Source of the DNA: Eledone cirrhosa | Lineage: Eukaryota | Reading direction: 5' to 3' | Length of the DNA stretch: 64,000 bases | NCBI GenBank assembly: GCA_964016885.1 | Contig: OZ024742.1 | Coordinates: forward strand, 203,422,001-203,486,000 | Part shown: in pieces, positions 56,452-64,000 of the stretch | Layout: every line of letters begins with the position of its first letter | Position numbering within the stretch: position 1 is the stretch's first letter | Made by a program: the position numbers and the translations under genes | Notes under the pieces: model-generated | Databases searched by the model: none | What the model saw: the letters and a program-made list of their open reading frames with translations, nothing else | What the model was told of the DNA's origin: nothing

Positions 56452-57117
56452 TATGTGTGTAGGTATATATTATGTGTATGTATGTGTGTGTCTATGTATA
56501 TAGATATATGTGTGTGCGTATGAATGAGCGTGTGTGCGTATGTGTGCGTGTGTCTGTGTGTATGTGTGTGTGTATGTTTTTCCCCCCGGCTCAGTAAAAA
56601 CGACAGTAACACAACAGTCTTCTTAACTCCGTGGTAGTTCCGCTAGAATGCCTGTTGTTGTTTTTTGTTGTTGTTATTGCTCCTGTTGCTGTTGGACTAT
56701 ACATATTATTCTACGTTGTATATCCATACATGCCTATTTATATATACACACACACACACACGCACACAAACATATATAATATATATGTAAATATATGAGT
56801 GTATATATGTATATATATATATGTTATACACTTCTATATCTATCTACAGACTCACTCTCTCTATCGCCCTCTCCCTCTCTCTGTCTCTCTCTCCCTCTCT
56901 CCCTCTCTATTTACCTCACTACTCTCTCTCTTTCATCCACTCCCTCCCTCTGTGTGTCTGTCTAACGTCAGCCAGCCAACCAGCCACATTGTCCGTCTTC
57001 CTGCCTGCTTTCATTCGTTGTTCACTCAGTAGAGCGGTGGTGTTGGCGTCATCCTGTGCTATGGCCTGTCTCATTGTCGTTCACTTTGCGTGTATATGCA
57101 CTATATATATATATATA

Positions 57118-57169
<52 letters not shown>

Positions 57170-57269
57170 GTAAAAAGGATACGCATATATATATAAACAT
57201 ATATAAATATATAGATATATATATGTGTGTATATATATATATACATATATATATAGAGATATCTATATA

Positions 57270-57360
<91 letters not shown>

Positions 57361-57818
57361 TATATATATATGTGTGTGTGTATATATATATTAATTGTAT
57401 GTGTGTATACTTGTGTACGTAGATATATGTGTGTGTGTGCTTGAGTGTGTGTATATATATACATACATATATATATACATATTGTATATGTGTATAATTG
57501 TGTACGTATATATTTGTGTGTATCTGTGGCGTGCAGTGTACTATTATGTATGTGTGATGTAATGTCTTGGGTGCGTGTGAGTGTGTGGTGTTGTGTGTGA
57601 GTGCAGTGTGTAAATATGTAATGAGGTTTGGTGCGTGTGGGGAGGTCATCGTGTTATGTATGTGTTTGCTTTAGTGGTGTATGTGTAGACATATGTATGT
57701 GTATAGTGTAATGATGAGTGTGATTGTTTCTGTGCCATGTCTACGAATTAATGTGTGTGTCTATACATTAATGCATAACATCTGTACACCTTACACACAC
57801 ACATGCTGCTATATACAT

Positions 57819-57849
<31 letters not shown>

Positions 57850-57850
<1 letters not shown>

Positions 57851-58429
57851 CGTTTCTGAATTTGTTTAGCAAGATTCTTTATCTGAAAACGTGTGTTGAA
57901 ACCGATGTTGTTATACTTTGGGAGGGTCATGTTGCCAATAAGAAACACACGCACCAGTGAATCACTTCAATTTTTTATAATAAATTTATAAATTTAGGAA
58001 TTTATAAATTTCCGGTTGGTTGGTTGGTTGGTTCCACAACCAGATGGTTGTTTATATATTGTCAAAGTTCTTTCGTCACACATTCTGTGACCTCTTCAGT
58101 GACTGTGGATTCTTCTGTTTGTTTTGTGCCTCTCCTTTGTTCTGTCCTACGCCATCTTGTTTTTGTGTGTGTTCACACACACAAAAACAAGATGGCGTAG
58201 GACAGAACAAAGGAGAGGCACAAAAAACAAAGAAAAGAATCCCCAGTCACTGAAGAGGTCACAGAATGTGTGACGAAAGAACTTTGACAATATATAAACA
58301 ACCATCTGGTTGTGGAACCAACCAACCGGAAATTTATAAATTCCTAAATTTATAAATTTATTATAAAAAATTGAAGTGAAAGCACTGGTGCGTGTGTTTC
58401 TTATTGGCAACATGACCCTCCCAAAGTAT

Positions 58430-58433
<4 letters not shown>
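57850..58433. mobile_element. Non-coding fold-back copy of the Penelope-like pLTR, with two hammerheads (58061-58103 -, 58246-58288 +)
   Basis: Arms ~57907-58172 and 58175-58433 are reverse complements, near-identical to the pLTRs at 17336-17610 and 18124-18373. Confidence 0.88.
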
Positions 58434-58484
<51 letters not shown>

Positions 58485-58488
58485 TATA

Positions 58489-58571
<83 letters not shown>

Positions 58572-58666
58572 ATAATAATAAATTTGAAAATGTGAAGAGT
58601 AAAATCAAAAGAGGGCTCGATATATATAAATATATATATATATATGTATATAAATAAATATATATA

Positions 58667-58736
<70 letters not shown>

Positions 58737-58737
58737 A

Positions 58738-58865
<128 letters not shown>

Positions 58866-58965
58866 TGCAGCATGTGTGTGTGTAAGGTGTACAGATGTTA
58901 TGCATTAATGTATATATATATACACATATACATATATACATACATACACACACACGCATATATAT

Positions 58966-59094
<129 letters not shown>

Positions 59095-59851
59095 AGTATG
59101 TATACGTACATACATATATGTATACAGACGTACAGTAGTATGTATATATATATACATAAATGCACACATATATATATGTACGTACGGATTTACCGAACAT
59201 TTATTATAATGCTCGGTTTGTTTGTAAACAATGTACGTATAACATACTTATATTTAAGTAACAGCCGTACTAAGAGTGAGAAATGAAATTTTGTTTCATT
59301 CTTTCCATATATACATATATTTATCCATATATAAATACACACACGTATACATAGAAGCACACATACATGCATGCATAAATACGTCCATGCATGCATTCAT
59401 ACATGTATGTATGAATACATTCATACATACATACATTCATACATATATTCACACCCACATCAATTCGTATGCATGAATACCTACTGTGTGCGCACACACC
59501 TTGTATGTTTATTGTGTATATATATGTGCATATATTTGTAAGTGACGTGTATGCAGATGGTATATTTACATTAAAACTTATGTATGTGTGGTGTAGCCAC
59601 TTGTAGTTACATATCTTAGAGAAGACCCATTGCCAAACTTTTGTATATTAACTCATATTCTAACCACCCTTCTATCACTTTCGATAATTTCGTTAAAAAC
59701 ATCTAACGAATTTCTAATATCCCTTCAGACACAACGAGGCTTAACAAAGAAGTCGGTTATAACAAGAGAGGGTTAGAGAATCGTACTTTCAAATAAAAAT
59801 AGTTTCATACTGCAAAATGTGCAATTTATGACGGGGAATATATACGAAAAC

Positions 59852-59950
59852 ATAGCTATAACTGAACTGTTTAATCCCCATTCAGCCTCAAAATAAACAA
59901 ATAGCTATAACTGAACTGTTTAATCCCCATTCAGCCTCAAAATAAACAAA
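59852..59950. repeat. 49-bp tandem duplication
   Basis: atagctataactgaactgtttaatccccattcagcctcaaaataaacaa occurs twice in tandem. Confidence 0.9.
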
Positions 59951-61456
59951 TTATTGTGTAAAACGCTTTAAATTTAATTCTTGACATTTATTTCGCCGCA
60001 ACACATACATGAGCTATTTAAACAGCCTGAACATGAAGGTAAATTTCCATTGTTTTTCTGGTGTCAGAGTTATTGTTAAAATTACACCATGCAGATAACA
60101 AATTGTATACTCGAGAACCGTGGCAGTAACACAAAAATAAAGCAAATACAGACAAGCAAGACAACTACCGAGATTAATAACTAGCTAGGTACCTGTAAAA
60201 ATTCGGAGTTGTGCCCTTTTGATATTAAGCTGATGGGAATTATCAACATCAAGGTTTGAAACACATAAAATCATTCAAAGTTATATGTGACAGACATTTT
60301 GAAATTAGTTACAAAAAACACTAATCTGCCTTTAACTTCGAAAGAGTTACATATAGCAATTAAGGAGACACTAATTATATAATGTAATAACGGGGAAAAA
60401 TTGCAATTCCTGCAACCAAGAAGTGTTCCAAATATTTCCTAAAACATTCTAGACAGAAACACCGAGTTTAAAAACTAAGGGCCGTCACGAGAATAAATCT
60501 TCTATCCATAATCATAATAGAAAGCTCGAACTGGACTACCTCACTAGATAGAGAGCGTTGCTACACCGGGAGTTAACCAAATGACAACTCGGTGGAATCT
60601 GTGTGTGTGTGCTAAAAAGTGTGTTTATGTGTGCAAGAACAGGTAGTGTTATTTAGTATACTTATTGGATACTAATCCTTCACAAATCGTAACTACGAGA
60701 TTTTTCTCCTGATTTTCGGGCGATTGTGATTAATAGAACAAAGGAGATGTACAATGAGTAGAGAATATTTGATTAATAATAGGTTTTCATAGGATACGGA
60801 AAATATTTGAATCTTATTGTTGATAAAATTAAAAAGTTAAAAAGTATTGTGAGAAGAGATCGGAGAAAGGGGGAATAAAAATGCGTATTTACATATATAA
60901 ACAAATAGATACGCAAATTAATAATCACATGTACATAAGAACTAATATATAAATGTGTAGTTAGATGTTTAAAGAAGACGCAGGGAGATGAATTATATTT
61001 TTAATGGAAAACAAGTTATTCTAAAAATCAAGATAGAGACGTAAAAATTATGACGTAAAAATTATGACGTAAAAATTATGACGTAAAAATTCAAGAGCTT
61101 TTGTAAATTCTAGGCGTTCGTATTATTATTACCCATTTGGTGGGCTATAATTAGATAGTAGGTATTTGGGGTCGTATTAATAGATTAGAAGTTCTCTCTA
61201 AAGGTGTTTAAAACCTCATGTAAATAATTAATTATTATTCTTAGAGGGCGTGGATTGGAAGACTGCTTAGAGCGTCAGGCAAATGTGTTGCGATATCTGT
61301 TCCAAGAAGAAGACGCAAAATATCCAGAGATAACTCCAAGTTTCCAGAAGGAGACAAGATGTCTCGATATGCCCAAAATGTCTCAGACAGTATCACAAAT
61401 GCCCTGAAGTGTCGTGAATGTCTCATAGTGCCGCAAAGTATCCGAAATTACACAAA

Positions 61457-61511
<55 letters not shown>

Positions 61512-61879
61512 AGTATGTGTGTATACGTACATACATATATGTATACAGACGTACAGTAGTATGTATATATATACATACATGCAGACATATATATATATGT
61601 ACGCATGGATTTAACGAACATTTATTATAATGCTCGGTTTGTTTGTAAACAAACAAACAGCCCGAATTACGCCGTACATTGTTCAGGCAACCATCGTCGC
61701 CTTTTTGTTCAACACTGACACAGGAACGATTTTCATTTATATATATATATATATAATATATATATATATATACATACACACGCACAGACACACACATATA
61801 TATATATAATATTATATATACAATAAATACAATATATATATTATATATATAAAATATATATATTATATTATATATATAT

Positions 61880-61988
61880 AATTGTTTCTACTTTTGGCAC
61901 AAGGCCAGCAATTACCCAGTGCATTACTGGTACTTTATTTTATCGACCCCGTAAGGATGAAAGGCAAAGTTAACCTTGGCGTGATTTG
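61880..61988 (-). mobile_element. SINE family B, 3' half (similar halves at ~15797-15870 and ~24582-24677)
   Basis: aattgtttctacttttggcacaaggccagcaattacccagtgcattactggtactttattttatcgaccccgtaaggatgaaaggc. Confidence 0.8.
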
Positions 61989-62030
<42 letters not shown>

Positions 62031-62146
62031 AATATATAATATATAATATATATATATTATATATATATTTAATATATATAATATATATATATATTATATA
62101 TATTATATATCTATATTTAATATAAATTATATATATATATAATATA

Positions 62147-63290
62147 CTAGCAGCAGTAACCAACGTTGCCTGGGTAGGTAAAATAATATCTGCTTTGATG
62201 AGAAGGTGTTGATCTTAGCGACTGCTTCTCGATGACTCATCTATGGCCACACACAGGCTATGCGGGGGAGGGTGGTGATGACCTCTATCACTGAGAAACG
62301 CGGGTGACTGATGAAGGGGCATGCTGGGGGAGGGAGGTAATGACCTCTAACACTAAGCCAAATTTCCTCACGCTACTTGATTGGTAACCGATGAATTCTC
62401 AAATACACAACTAAAAGCTCAAACGACGTCAGTGGCCATCGTTTTGCCTCTGACGGTCTATAAGATGTGCAATGATAGGTTCTATCGTAGTATAAAAATT
62501 GAACCAAATAAATTGATTTATGTGTGAGGTGGAGCCGAAGTTTCGAATTTGAACGAAATCGGTTGAAAAATGTGGGAGCTAATGAAAGGTCGCCGTCCCT
62601 GAACAAAAGATGCAAAGTGTAAAGCTACTATAAGATGTACAATAATAGGTTCTATCATAGTATAAAAGTTGAACCAAATAAATTGATTTATATGTGAGGT
62701 GGAGCCGAAGTTTCGAATTTGAACGAAATCGGTTGAAAAATGTGGGAGCTAGAGACGAAAAGGCAGAAATTTGAGCGAAAAGGTGGTATTTTCGAATATT
62801 TAAGCGGCTGCCACGTCGTTCCTGAACAAAAATTCCAAAATGTAAAGCCATTTTAAGACGTGAAATAATCAGATCTAGCGTCGTGTAAAATTGGAAGAAA
62901 GTATGTTGATTAATGTGGGAGCTAGAGCCGAAAAAGTGGAAATTGGAGTCTAAAAGTAGTATTTTTGAATATTTAAGCGGCTGCCACGCCGTCCCTGAAC
63001 AAGAAATGCAAGATATAAAGCCATTACAGTATGTGCAATGATAAATTCTATTTTGCTTTAAAATTTGAACGAAATCGGTGGCAAAATGTGGGAGCTAGAG
63101 CCCAAAATCTTATTTTTATCTGCAGAATGACCCCGGAATAAAAAAAAAAAAACCATGCGCTGATATATAGAAAACACTACCCGATGACTAATCTATGAGT
63201 CTGTAAAGTTTCATGAAAATCGGTCGTAAGATGTAGGCCCCTATAGGTAATACACAGACACACACATACTTAATTTTATATATATACAGA
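62147..63290 (-). mobile_element. Non-autonomous Helitron with internal ~180-bp tandem repeats
   Basis: Minus strand begins TC (tctgtatatatataaaatt) and ends acccaggcaacgttggttactgctgCTAG, inserted between A and T; repeated gaacgaaatcggttgaaaaatgtgggagcta blocks at 62450-63100. Confidence 0.78.
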
Positions 63291-63410
63291 TGTTATATAT
63301 ATTTAAAATATATATAACATCTGTAAATATAATATATTATATTATATATATATATTTAATATATATCATATATACATAATATATATTACATATATATATT
63401 TAATATATAT

Positions 63411-63459
<49 letters not shown>

Positions 63460-63520
63460 ATTATGTATATATAATATTAGATATATAAAAATAAATATAA
63501 TATATTATATATGTATATAA

Positions 63521-63555
<35 letters not shown>

Positions 63556-64000
63556 CAGGTTAATATAAATTAATATATTTGATAAACACAAATATCAACA
63601 TATTCATGTTTGTATTGTAAATGACCAAGTTAGCTAGATTGAAATATACTAATAATAATACTATAGTTTGCCTGTCTTGACTTAAGATAATAAATCAACA
63701 AAAACAAATTGTATTGGCAATGGCTGTGGTGCTTGGACAAATTTAAATTTCAAAATCAAACCTGTTCCGTAGACAGGTTTAAACCCTAAAATCCAAATAT
63801 GTTTCGAATAATGAAAAAGTGGAAGAAATACCGCAGTTTGATCTCCTCAGCAAGCACTATAAAAATTGGTATGTTCCACTTCAAAATATTTAGAAAGACT
63901 GTTTAGCGCACGAGGTAATTTCACGCGGTTATCCAGTGTCTAGCTAGTTCACATACTGGTGCTGCTAGAAATAACAGCCGTTTGTATGGGGCTAAATTCA

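Overview
AT-rich animal genomic DNA dominated by (TA)n, (CA)n, (GA)n and (GATA)n microsatellites; almost all ORFs in the supplied track are microsatellite artefacts. The repeat content suggests an octopus/coleoid cephalopod (inference). No complete host gene is visible. A possible signal-peptide exon at 55382-55337 (-) would make most of the window intronic. Recognisable elements: a near-full-length but disrupted Tx1/L1-like LINE in a (TATC)n tract with two extra 3'-end copies, RTE LINE fragments, two Penelope-like (GIY-YIG) fragments, two tRNA-derived SINE families, a non-autonomous Helitron, and hAT, piggyBac-like and Tc1/mariner relics. The most notable signal is a set of unrelated short fold-back (palindromic) inserts in (TA)n tracts, several with minimal type I hammerhead ribozymes. 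These include a ~323-bp retrozyme-like unit present as two inverted, circularly permuted copies, and a non-coding family that folds back at a different point in each copy. All calls were made by eye and repeat boundaries are approximate.
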